This document shows positions 53,852-62,672 of a stretch of 64,000 nucleotides of DNA, piece after piece. Source of the stretch: Candidatus Woesearchaeota archaeon (GTDB lineage: Archaea > Nanobdellota > Nanobdellia > Pacearchaeales > UBA284); NCBI GenBank assembly GCA_964396475.1, contig CAYNFE010000004.1:6519-70518 (forward strand), given 5' to 3'. Below the pieces are notes generated by a model that was given only the letters and a program-made list of their open reading frames with translations, searched no databases and was not told where the DNA came from. The position numbers and the translations under genes are program-made. How positions within the stretch are numbered: the first letter of the stretch is position 1; every line of letters begins with the position of its first letter.

Positions 53852-54400
53852 ATGCCAAGAAGAAGACGGATGAGAAGAATAGCCAGAATGCCTAGGTTTA
53901 ATCAGTTTGCTCCAATAGGTCCAATTATGCCAGATGAAATTATCTTGACACTTGGAGAATTTGAAGCTATAAGATTAAAGGATTTTCAAGGATTAGAGCA
54001 GGAAAAAGCAGCTAAAGAGATTAACATAAGTCAACCAACATTCCATAGATTAATTCTATCTGCAAGAAAAAAGGTAGCTGATGCTTTAGTCAATAATAAA
54101 ATAATAAAAATAAAAGGAGGTGAATATGAAATGGTTCAACCAATAGTATCAATGCAACAAGGAGCAGGAAGAGGAGCAGGTCAAGGCAGAGGACGTGGTT
54201 TTGGTCAAGGAATGGGCAGAGAAGCAGGCATGGGCGCAGGAAGAGGAGCTGGAGGCAGAGGTAGAATGGGTGGCTTTGCAGCAGGTCCAGGAGGAATTTG
54301 CAAATGCCCAAAATGTGGATATGAAGAGCCACAGATAAGGGGCCAACCTTGTGTGAATAAGAAATGCCCTAAGTGTGGAACTTTAATGATCAGGGGATAA
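53852..54400 (+). CDS. DUF134 (HTH) protein fused to a Gly/Arg-rich segment and C-terminal zinc ribbon
   Basis: PRFNQFAPIG...LTLGEFEAIRLKDFQGLEQEKAAKEINISQPTFHRLILSARKKVADAL matches the DUF134/sigma-70-r4-like pattern. GRGAGQGRGRGFGQGMG repeats and CKCPKCG...CPKCG follow. Confidence 0.75.
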   Translation: MPRRRRMRRIARMPRFNQFAPIGPIMPDEIILTLGEFEAIRLKDFQGLEQEKAAKEINISQPTFHRLILSARKKVADALVNNKIIKIKGGEYEMVQPIVSMQQGAGRGAGQGRGRGFGQGMGREAGMGAGRGAGGRGRMGGFAAGPGGICKCPKCGYEEPQIRGQPCVNKKCPKCGTLMIRG

Positions 54401-54415
54401 AAAGCAGGAGTATTA

Positions 54416-54796
54416 ATGAAAATAGCATGCGGGTCAAATGATCTAAAAAACTTTACAAAAGAACATTTCGGTGACTCCAAATATTTTTTAATATATAATA
54501 TAGATAGAGATAATTACAAATTACTAGAAAAGATAGAGAATACCTCACCAAAAGAAGAATTACATAGCGATCCTAAAAAAGCCAAATCTATAGCAACTAC
54601 CTTAAATTCTAGAAATGTTAAAGCAATCTTTGCATATGTTATAGGGCCTAATATAATAAGAATTAGAAAAAAATTTGTTCCTATAATTTCAAGAATATCA
54701 GATATGACAAAAGCTTTAGATAAATTAAAAGAACATATTGAAGATGTAGAAGGTGAATTAAATAACGAAATTAAAAATATAGTGTATATAGAATAA
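54416..54796 (+). CDS. Second NifX-like domain protein (divergent)
   Basis: MKIACGSND...EHFGDSKYFLIYNIDRDNYKLLEKIEN parallels the N-terminus of NifX-like proteins. Confidence 0.5.
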   Translation: MKIACGSNDLKNFTKEHFGDSKYFLIYNIDRDNYKLLEKIENTSPKEELHSDPKKAKSIATTLNSRNVKAIFAYVIGPNIIRIRKKFVPIISRISDMTKALDKLKEHIEDVEGELNNEIKNIVYIE

Positions 54797-54863
54797 TTGA
54801 CATAATAAAAATTTATAAGTCTTATCATATTAGTTTATTTTGGACTAACATTAATTTTTTAAA

Positions 54864-55451
54864 ATGTCAGATAAAGAAAAAGAACTTGAAGAAATAAAAA
54901 AAAAGATATTGAATTGCAAAAAATGTAATTTATGGAAAACAAGAAATAAAGCTGTTGTTGATGAAGGCTCCTTGAATGCAAAAATAATGTTTATAGGGGA
55001 GGCTCCAGGATTTAATGAAGATCAGCAAGGAAAGCCTTTTGTAGGCAGGGCAGGAAAGATTTTTGATGAGCTTTTGAATTTTATTAATTTAAAGAGAGAA
55101 GATGTTTATATAACAAATATTCTTAAATGTCGCCCGCCCGATAATAGAAATCCCCAAGAGAATGAGATTAAAAGCTGCACACCTTACTTAGATAAACAAT
55201 TAGAAATTATTAATCCAAAAATAATTTGTTGTTTAGGAAATTTTGCAACTAAACTTATAATGAAAAAATTTAATTTAAATAATAAAATACAAGGTATAAG
55301 CAAGATTCATGGAGAAATTTTTGATGTTTCAACTTTAAATGGGCAAATAAAAATTATTCCCATATATCATCCAGCTGTTGCAACTTATAATCCCAATAAA
55401 ATAGATATTTTAAAGAAAGATTTTGAAATTTTAAGAGGTAAAAATGGCTGA
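54864..55451 (+). CDS. udg: Uracil-DNA glycosylase, family 4
   Basis: CxxC (CKKCNL), GEAPGFNEDQQGKPFVGRAGKIFDELL, and HPA near the C-terminus. Confidence 0.9.
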   Translation: MSDKEKELEEIKKKILNCKKCNLWKTRNKAVVDEGSLNAKIMFIGEAPGFNEDQQGKPFVGRAGKIFDELLNFINLKREDVYITNILKCRPPDNRNPQENEIKSCTPYLDKQLEIINPKIICCLGNFATKLIMKKFNLNNKIQGISKIHGEIFDVSTLNGQIKIIPIYHPAVATYNPNKIDILKKDFEILRGKNG

Positions 55452-56172
55452 ATTTAGTACTTTTACATGGGTAGCAATTTTTGCAATTTTTGCTGCTATA
55501 GTTAATAGTATAGGAATTTTTGCTATTTATAAAAACAAGAAATGGGCTGAAAAAGCAAAAACATATTTTATGTGTTTTGCAGCAGGCATCTTAATTTCTG
55601 TTCCTTTAACACTTGTTCTTCCTCAAGCTGTAGAAAAGAATTTTTATGCTGGTTTTGCAGCTCTAATTGGCTTCTTATTTATGTTTTTTAGTAATCAAAT
55701 AATAAAAAAAAGGGCTAAACAAAAAAGTTTGGCTTTTGGCATTACAGCTGCAGAAGGAATAGGAATCCATTCTTTTGTGGATGGTGTTATTTATGCTATA
55801 ACCTTTAGTGCTAGTATTTTAATAGGTTTTTTAGCAGGAATTGGATTAGTTATTCATGAATTTGCAGAAGGAGTTATTACTTTTTCGTTTTTAATTAAAG
55901 GTGGATTTAATAAGAAAAAAGCAGCGATTTATGCATTTTTCATAGCTGCTCTTACAACTCCTATTGGTGCATTTATTGCATATCCCTTTGTGAGTAAGTT
56001 AAGTAGTTCTGTTTTAGGATTAACTTTGGGTTTTGTTGTAGGGGTTTTGATTTATCTTTCAGCCTCGCATCTTTTACCCGAGGCAAGAGGACATGAAAAG
56101 AAACATTCTACTTGGGCTTTTTTAGCTGGAGTTGCATTAGCATTATTTATTGTACTTACAAAAATAGTTTAA
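55444..56172 (+). CDS. ZIP family metal (zinc) transporter
   Basis: HSFVDGV and HEFAEGV metal-binding helices; the start overlaps the UDG gene by 8 nt. Confidence 0.85.
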   Translation: MAEFSTFTWVAIFAIFAAIVNSIGIFAIYKNKKWAEKAKTYFMCFAAGILISVPLTLVLPQAVEKNFYAGFAALIGFLFMFFSNQIIKKRAKQKSLAFGITAAEGIGIHSFVDGVIYAITFSASILIGFLAGIGLVIHEFAEGVITFSFLIKGGFNKKKAAIYAFFIAALTTPIGAFIAYPFVSKLSSSVLGLTLGFVVGVLIYLSASHLLPEARGHEKKHSTWAFLAGVALALFIVLTKIV

Positions 56173-56223
56173 ATTATTTATCACTTTAAATTTAAGATAT
56201 AAAAAAATATAAAATACTAAAAA

Positions 56224-57000
56224 ATGGAAATAATCTCATGGAATGTTAATGGAATTAGGGCATGCATAAAAAAAAGATTTTTAAAATGGCTTAAAAAAGA
56301 AAAGCCAGATATTTTATGCATACAGGAAATAAAAGCTCAGGAAAAAGATTTTTCTAAGATAAAAAAAGAGTTATCAAAATATAATTATAATTTTTATATT
56401 AATCCAGCAAAGAAAAAAGGTTATGCTGGAACCTCTATCTTTTCTAAAATAAAGCCCTTAAGAGCTATATACGGAATAAAAAATAAAGAATATGATAAAG
56501 AAGGAAGGGTCATAACTTTAGAATTTCCAACATTTTTTTTAATTAATGTTTATGTTCCAAATTCTGGAAGAGGCTTGCCTAGATTAAGTTATAGAAAAAA
56601 ATGGGACAGAGTTTTCCTTTCATATTTAAAAAGACTCAATAAAAAGAAACCATTAATTATCTGTGGTGATTTTAACGTAGCTCATGAAAAAATAGACTTG
56701 GCAAGGCCAGAACAAAATTATAATAAAACTGCCGGCTACACTCAAATAGAAATAGATGATTTTGAAGATATGTTAAAGGCAGGATTCATAGATACTTTCA
56801 GAAGCCTTCATAAAAACAAAAAAGCTTATACATATTGGAGTTATATGTTTAATGCAAGAGCCAAAAACATTGGTTGGCGCATAGATTATTTTTTAGTAAG
56901 TAAAAGATTTTTTAAAGCAGTCAAGGATTCGTTTATTCTATCAAAAGTTAAAAGCTCTGATCATTGCCCTATAAAATTAAAACTTAAAATATATATATAA
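56224..57000 (+). CDS. xth: Exodeoxyribonuclease III (AP endonuclease)
   Basis: SWNVNG, CIQEIK, GDFNVAH and SDHCP motifs. Confidence 0.9.
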   Translation: MEIISWNVNGIRACIKKRFLKWLKKEKPDILCIQEIKAQEKDFSKIKKELSKYNYNFYINPAKKKGYAGTSIFSKIKPLRAIYGIKNKEYDKEGRVITLEFPTFFLINVYVPNSGRGLPRLSYRKKWDRVFLSYLKRLNKKKPLIICGDFNVAHEKIDLARPEQNYNKTAGYTQIEIDDFEDMLKAGFIDTFRSLHKNKKAYTYWSYMFNARAKNIGWRIDYFLVSKRFFKAVKDSFILSKVKSSDHCPIKLKLKIYI

Positions 57001-57016
57001 AAATAGTTTTTACCAA

Positions 57017-57535
57017 ATGAAAAAATATACATTCATAACTCAAGAAGATCCTCATTATTGTCTTCCAGCTTGCTTACAGATGATTCTAGAAGAAAACAAT
57101 TATCAGTATGATTCTCAAGAAAAAATCTTAAAAGAATGTGGAGATGAGATAAGAAACAATAATATAGAAAAATATCTAAAAACTAAAAATTATCCTTTAC
57201 ACTCTGAAGATTTTCTAGTAAATCAATCTCTTTCTAGAGATTTTGATAAGCTAGTTGAAGAAGCTTTAAATCAGAATTGTGATATTCTTGTCGGCTATGC
57301 TTTTGATAAATTACATAATACAGAAAAAGAAGGAAATCATGTTTCAATATTATATGATTATGAATTTAACAATGATGATGATAACACAATCTTAATTGAT
57401 CCAAATGTTAAACATAATGGGATTGTTCACTGTAATTTTGATAATTTAGTCAGAGCAATGTTCACTGTTTCGGGTGGATTTCATATAATTCATCCAAGTC
57501 AAAAAATTTTAGAGCAGCTCAGAGAATATTTTTAA
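57017..57535 (+). CDS. Hypothetical protein, possible C39-like papain-fold cysteine peptidase
   Basis: QEDPHYCLPACLQMIL (Q...C) and GNHVSILYDY...ILIDPN (H...D/N-P) resemble the C39 catalytic layout. Confidence 0.35.
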   Translation: MKKYTFITQEDPHYCLPACLQMILEENNYQYDSQEKILKECGDEIRNNNIEKYLKTKNYPLHSEDFLVNQSLSRDFDKLVEEALNQNCDILVGYAFDKLHNTEKEGNHVSILYDYEFNNDDDNTILIDPNVKHNGIVHCNFDNLVRAMFTVSGGFHIIHPSQKILEQLREYF

Positions 57536-57579
57536 ACTAAACTTTCTTAAATAAAATAACAAAGGAGGAAAAATATAAG

Positions 57580-57861
57580 ATGCTTTCAGACATACCAAAA
57601 AATCTTGCAAAAGTTTCAAAAGATCAGATTGATGCAGAAATTCTTAGAGTAGGAATGATAGCAGAATTAGATGCAGTCAGTCTTTATGAACAGTTAGCAG
57701 CAATGACAGATAAAGAAGACATTAAAAAAGTTTTAATAGATATTGCAAAAGAAGAGAAGACACATATGGGAGAATTTCAAACTCTCTTATTAAAATATGA
57801 CAAAGAACAAGTAAAGGAACTAGAAGCTGGAAAAAAAGAAGTCGAAGAACTGATAGGATGA
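57580..57861 (+). CDS. Small ferritin-like protein (EncFtn/rubrerythrin-like half-bundle)
   Basis: AELDAVSLYEQLA...DIAKEEKTHMGEF carries the ExxA..Y ... EEKxH di-iron ligand pattern of encapsulated-ferritin-like proteins. AGGAGG lies upstream. Confidence 0.55.
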   Translation: MLSDIPKNLAKVSKDQIDAEILRVGMIAELDAVSLYEQLAAMTDKEDIKKVLIDIAKEEKTHMGEFQTLLLKYDKEQVKELEAGKKEVEELIG

Positions 57862-58682
57862 AAAATATAGCCTTGGCAATAATAGCTACTATAATTTTAA
57901 TCTTATTAATTTTATTTTTTATTAGACAGCCAAAAATAGAAGAAGAAAAAATGATAAATATAACTAACACAACCAACATAACTTTAATTACTATTTATGA
58001 TAATTATCAATATGACCCAGAACTCAAAACTGGATGGGGTTTTGGATGTGTTGTTAAAACTAAGGACAAAACCTTGCTTTTTGACACTGGTTCTGATTCT
58101 GAAACTTTACTTGATAATATGAAAAAAATGAAAATCAAGGCAGAAGAGATTGACATAATTGTCTTGTCACACATACATGGAGATCATGTTGGTGGCTTAT
58201 CTGGCTTTCTTGAAAAAAATTCTAATGTCACTGTTTATGTTCCAGCTAGTTTTCCTAAATCATTCAAAGATGAAATCAAACAAGCAGGAGCAAAAATTAT
58301 AGAAGTAGCCAAGGAAAAAGAAATAGAAAAAGGAATTTTTTCAACAGGTGAGCTAGGAACATGGATAAAAGAACAGTCTCTAGTTATTAACACAGACAAA
58401 GGTATTGTTGTTATAACTGGTTGCGCTCATCCAGGTGTTGTTAATATAATAAAAAAAGCAAAAGAGATGACACAAAAAGAAGTTTATCTTGTAATTGGTG
58501 GTTTTCATTTAAGTGGAGCTAACGATTCTGAACTTAAAAACATAATAAATTCATTCAGAGAATTTAATATAAAGAAAGTTGCTCCTTGCCATTGTTCAGG
58601 AGATAGATGCAGAGAACTTTTCAAAGAAGATTATGGTAATGATTTCATAGCAAATGGGGTAGGAAAAATAATTGAAATTTAA
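57858..58682 (+). CDS. MBL-fold metallo-hydrolase (COG1237-like) with N-terminal TM anchor
   Basis: IYDNY...GWGFGCVV...LLFDTG...VLSHIHGDHVGGL...GCAHPG; ATGA overlap with the upstream gene. Confidence 0.8.
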   Translation: MKNIALAIIATIILILLILFFIRQPKIEEEKMINITNTTNITLITIYDNYQYDPELKTGWGFGCVVKTKDKTLLFDTGSDSETLLDNMKKMKIKAEEIDIIVLSHIHGDHVGGLSGFLEKNSNVTVYVPASFPKSFKDEIKQAGAKIIEVAKEKEIEKGIFSTGELGTWIKEQSLVINTDKGIVVITGCAHPGVVNIIKKAKEMTQKEVYLVIGGFHLSGANDSELKNIINSFREFNIKKVAPCHCSGDRCRELFKEDYGNDFIANGVGKIIEI

Positions 58683-58694
58683 GATTAAGATAAA

Positions 58695-60182
58695 ATGAGT
58701 AATAAAGGCTTTAATAATGAAAAATATGTAGAAAAACAAACAAAAGCTATTCTTGAAAGAGTAAAAAAATTTGATAAGCTCTATTTAGAATTTGGTGGTA
58801 AATTATATGGTGATTTTCATGCTTCTAGAGTCTTGCCTGGCTACCATCCAGATACGAAAATAGAAATTCTTAAACAGCTCAAAGATGTGGAAATAATTTT
58901 TTGTATCTCAGCTAAAGATATACAAAAAGGAAAAATAAGGGGGGATTTTGGCTTAACATATGATAATGCTGCCTTAAAAATGATTAATGACCTAAGAAAA
59001 TTCAATCTTAATGTTTCTTCTGTTGTCATAAATAGATTTTCAGATGAGCCTTTAGCATTAAAATTCAAAAAATTCTTAGATAAACTAAAAATAAAATCTT
59101 ATTTGCAATCAGAAATTCAAGGTTATCCTGCTGATATTAAAAAAATTTTATCTTATGATGGTTATGGAAAGAATCCTTACATAGAAACAAAAAAAAGAAT
59201 AGTAGTAATAACAGGGGTTGGCCCAGGTTCAGGAAAAATGTCCACATGTTTGTCACAATTGTATTTTGATAGCAAGAAAGGGATAAAATCAGGATTTGCA
59301 AAATTTGAAACATTTCCTATTTGGAACCTTCCTCTAGAACATCCAGTTAATATAGCATATGAGGCAGCCACTGCAGATATAGGAGATTTTAACATGGTTG
59401 ATCCTTTTCATTTAGAAGCATATGAAGTAAAAGCCATAAATTATAATCGTGATATAGAAAACTTCAATATTATGAAAAATATTTTAGAAAAAATTTCTTT
59501 TTGCCCCTATAAATCCCCTACTGACATGACTGTTAGTATGACAAAAGAAGGAATTATGGAAGATAGTATTGTAAAAGAAGCATCAAAACAAGAAATAATA
59601 AGAAGATATTTTAGATATAAAAAAGAGCTTGCAAAAGGATTAGGAGAAGAGGAAACTATGAAAAGAATAGAAAAATTAATGTTAAAACTAAACTTAAAGC
59701 CAGAGGATAGAAAAGTTGTTATTTATGCAAGAGAAGCTGCAGAAGAAGCAAGAAAAAAAGATAGTAAATTTTTCTGTGGTTCTGCTATTAAACTAGCAGA
59801 TGGAGAAATAATAAAAGGAAAAAGCTCAAAACTCTTTCATTCAGAAAGTTCAGTTATACTTAATGCTATCAAAGAACTTGCTAAAATTCCTGATCCAATC
59901 AAACTTTTACCAGAAAACATAATACAAAATGCAAATGAATTGAAAAAAGAGCTAAAAACAGAGGGGAGTTTAAATGTTGAGGAAATGATTATTGCATTAT
60001 CAATAAGTGCTTCGACAAATCCTTCTGCTGCTTTTTGTATAAAAAAATTAAAAGAACTTAAAGGATGTGAAATGCATTCTACTCATTTTCCAAGTCAAGG
60101 TGATGAAAGTGGATTAAGGAAATTAGGAATTAACATAACAACAGATTGTTTACCTATGGGAAATATTTATTTTAGAATCTAA
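58695..60182 (+). CDS. DUF1846 (UPF0371) family protein
   Basis: GFNNEKYVEKQTKAILERV...LYLEFGGKLYGDFHASRVLPGY matches my memory of the conserved DUF1846 N-terminus; 495 aa. Confidence 0.75.
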   Translation: MSNKGFNNEKYVEKQTKAILERVKKFDKLYLEFGGKLYGDFHASRVLPGYHPDTKIEILKQLKDVEIIFCISAKDIQKGKIRGDFGLTYDNAALKMINDLRKFNLNVSSVVINRFSDEPLALKFKKFLDKLKIKSYLQSEIQGYPADIKKILSYDGYGKNPYIETKKRIVVITGVGPGSGKMSTCLSQLYFDSKKGIKSGFAKFETFPIWNLPLEHPVNIAYEAATADIGDFNMVDPFHLEAYEVKAINYNRDIENFNIMKNILEKISFCPYKSPTDMTVSMTKEGIMEDSIVKEASKQEIIRRYFRYKKELAKGLGEEETMKRIEKLMLKLNLKPEDRKVVIYAREAAEEARKKDSKFFCGSAIKLADGEIIKGKSSKLFHSESSVILNAIKELAKIPDPIKLLPENIIQNANELKKELKTEGSLNVEEMIIALSISASTNPSAAFCIKKLKELKGCEMHSTHFPSQGDESGLRKLGINITTDCLPMGNIYFRI

Positions 60183-60190
60183 AATTTAAA

Positions 60191-60928
60191 ATGTTATCAA
60201 CAATTTATATTGCTGTAATCTTATTAGCTTTTCTTTCAGGTATCACAACCTTAATTGGTCTTTATCTAGCTTTACGTTTCAAAAAAAATGTTAAAGCTAT
60301 TGTTCTCGGTCTTGGTTTCTCAGCAGGCATTATGTTATTAATTTCTTTTTTTGAATTGCTACCAAATGCAATAAAAGCTACAAATATCTTAAACACTTTG
60401 TTAGCAGTTGGAGCTGGCTTTTTACTCATCTTTGCATTACATTTTATTATCCCCCATACTCATCTTGTGAAAGAAAAAGGAAAAATAAAAGCATTAATGT
60501 CTATGGCATTGTTAGTTGCTTTTGGTCTTATCTTACATGATTTTCCAGAAGGTTTTGCAATGGCCAACTCTTATATCTATGCTCCTTCTCTTGGTATTTT
60601 AGTTGCTCTTGCAATAGCTTTACATAATATTCCAGAAGAATATGCTATGGCTGTACCTTTAGTCTTAACCAAAAAAAGAAGTTTCCTTATAACTCTTGCA
60701 ATACTTTCAGCTTTAGCAGAGCCAGTAGGTGCTATAATCGGACTTGCCGCAGTATCTATAGCACCAACCCTTAATCCTTTATTCATGGCTTTTGCAGCCG
60801 GCGCAATGATCTTTGTTTCAATCCATGAATTAATCCCATTCGCAAGAAGATATAAGAAGCCTTATTTTCTCTCTCTTGGAATAATTTTAAGCATATTAAT
60901 CTATCTCATACTAACTTTTTTCATATAA
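60191..60928 (+). CDS. ZIP family metal transporter (second paralogue)
   Basis: HDFPEGFAMA and HNIPEEYAMA helices. Confidence 0.85.
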   Translation: MLSTIYIAVILLAFLSGITTLIGLYLALRFKKNVKAIVLGLGFSAGIMLLISFFELLPNAIKATNILNTLLAVGAGFLLIFALHFIIPHTHLVKEKGKIKALMSMALLVAFGLILHDFPEGFAMANSYIYAPSLGILVALAIALHNIPEEYAMAVPLVLTKKRSFLITLAILSALAEPVGAIIGLAAVSIAPTLNPLFMAFAAGAMIFVSIHELIPFARRYKKPYFLSLGIILSILIYLILTFFI

Positions 60929-61027
60929 AAAATTAAAAAACTTAAATAGGATGTTTCTAAAACTTGAAATATTTTATAGATAATACAGTATAAAAAACAT
61001 TTTAAGTTTTAATTTCATAATTTATTT

Positions 61028-62098
61028 ATGGCTTGGGGTAAATTTATTGAAAAATACTGGTATCTTATATTTCCCTTATTTTTTGGTGGAATTAATCTTT
61101 ATGCTTGGATGCAACTAGGCAATGCTGAACAAAGGCTAGATAGAACTCAACAAGAAGTTAGAGAATTCATAACTGATCAAAATATAAAGAAACTTGATGA
61201 GTTATTAATAAAATCTAGAGAAGAAAGAAAAAAATGGGTTGACTTGGAAAAATATCTAAATAATCATCCTGAAATTATCTATGATTATAAAATAAATAAA
61301 ATCATAAAAAAATACAATCTAAACAAAACAGAAGAAAAAAGATTTAATAATTTGATTGGGTTTTTGGAAGAGAATTTTAATTATACAACTATTGACTCTC
61401 TTTTCACTAGTAAAGAATTTGAATTAGATACTACTTTAGTTAGAAGAATTGAAAAAGGAAAAGAGTGGTATAAGGAATGGTATAAAGAACATAAAGGTGA
61501 AAACCCTTATCAAAAAGTTTTTACAGAAAAATCTATAAAAGAGTGTTTAGATTTCTTAGATAAAAATGATTCCTTCTTTACTGATATCATAAAAAAATTC
61601 AATTTAACAAACCCAAAAACAAAAGAGTTATTAGTTAGTCTGATTAGATTAGAGACTCACTTAGGAAAAAATACTGGAAAAGATAAGGCTTTTAATGTCT
61701 TGGTTTCACACTATGTTTTTAATCCAAAAAGGAAAACAAGGAATTTTGCTCTAAAACAACTCAACTATCTGATTAAACTAATGAATAAGATAGATCCTTT
61801 TTCTGCTAGTTCAATAATGGGTGCTATAGGCTGGACTCAAGGAATACCAAAAGCATTGAATGATCATATAGTAGATTTTGATAAGGACGGAAAAATAAAT
61901 CAATTTGCTCTTCCAGATGCAGTTGGATTTACACTAAATTATTTTGGTGTAAGAGAAGGAGATAAAGGAACAAAAGACATAGCTAGAGTATTAAAATGGT
62001 ATAATCCACATGATAAATGGTATGTTCCTACAATCCTAGAGCTCGCTGATTCATTATATAGTTATACAGATATAGAAACAATTTCAGAGAATAATTAA
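61028..62098 (+). CDS. Membrane-anchored lytic murein transglycosylase-like protein (MltB/SLT_2 family)
   Basis: LIRLETHLGKNTG (compare GVETRWG with the catalytic Glu) and GAIGWTQGIPKALNDHIVDFDKDGKINQFALPDAVGFTLNYF (compare GAMGYGQFMPSSY..YAVDFSGDGHINLW...DAIGSVANYF). N-terminal TM helix. Confidence 0.75.
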   Translation: MAWGKFIEKYWYLIFPLFFGGINLYAWMQLGNAEQRLDRTQQEVREFITDQNIKKLDELLIKSREERKKWVDLEKYLNNHPEIIYDYKINKIIKKYNLNKTEEKRFNNLIGFLEENFNYTTIDSLFTSKEFELDTTLVRRIEKGKEWYKEWYKEHKGENPYQKVFTEKSIKECLDFLDKNDSFFTDIIKKFNLTNPKTKELLVSLIRLETHLGKNTGKDKAFNVLVSHYVFNPKRKTRNFALKQLNYLIKLMNKIDPFSASSIMGAIGWTQGIPKALNDHIVDFDKDGKINQFALPDAVGFTLNYFGVREGDKGTKDIARVLKWYNPHDKWYVPTILELADSLYSYTDIETISENN

Positions 62099-62130
62099 AA
62101 CTTTCTAAGCCTATTTTTTTATCTCTCTTC

Positions 62131-62313
62131 TTATTCTGTTATCCCTAGAATCAAGAAAACAATTCCTATCAAAACAAGGATGACAACCACTCCCCCTTTT
62201 AAAAATTCTATGGTTGCTATCCCCCAACTATAAAACACTGGAACATTCAATACAACTATTATAGGCACTAGTATCAAAACAATTCCTATCAAAATATTAA
62301 TTAGTTTGCTCAT
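62131..62313 (-). CDS. Small two-TM membrane protein (60 aa)
   Basis: Two clear hydrophobic helices; ORF only. Confidence 0.45.
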   Translation of the reverse strand: MSKLINILIGIVLILVPIIVVLNVPVFYSWGIATIEFLKGGVVVILVLIGIVFLILGITE

Positions 62314-62396
62314 ATTTTCTCAAAGCTATATTTATATTTAAATTTTGTTGTAGAGAAAGAAGAAAGTTTTAAAAACAAATTATCCCTTGGAAGTGC

Positions 62397-62663
62397 ATGG
62401 CAAAAAAAAGGGAAAAAGAATCTAATACAGAAGACATCGGAGCATACATAATGATGAGTGTAGAGTCAGGTAAAGAAAGAATAGTTTATGCAAAATTAAG
62501 AAAAATGAAAGAGGTTATTCTAATCAATGAGCTTTTTGGTGAATGGGATTTAATAATAGGAATAAATATTTCTGATTCTAAAGAACTTGATACTTTTGTT
62601 TCAGATAAAATAAGGAAAATAAAAGAAGTTGGCCTTACATCAACAATGATTGTGGCCAGATAA
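62397..62663 (+). CDS. Stand-alone Lrp/AsnC ligand-binding (RAM) domain protein
   Basis: YIMMSVESGKERIVYAKLRKMKEVILINELFGEWDLIIGINISDSKELDTFVSDKIRKIKEV follows the AsnC_trans_reg beta-alpha-beta pattern. Confidence 0.6.
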   Translation: MAKKREKESNTEDIGAYIMMSVESGKERIVYAKLRKMKEVILINELFGEWDLIIGINISDSKELDTFVSDKIRKIKEVGLTSTMIVAR

Positions 62664-62672
62664 AAAAATAAA

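Noticed and set aside
54090-54480. Three minus-strand ORFs (80, 65, 91 aa) across the DUF134 gene
   Set aside because: This is the same effect of the Gly/Arg repeat. They have no motifs and overlap a gene with a clear family signature.
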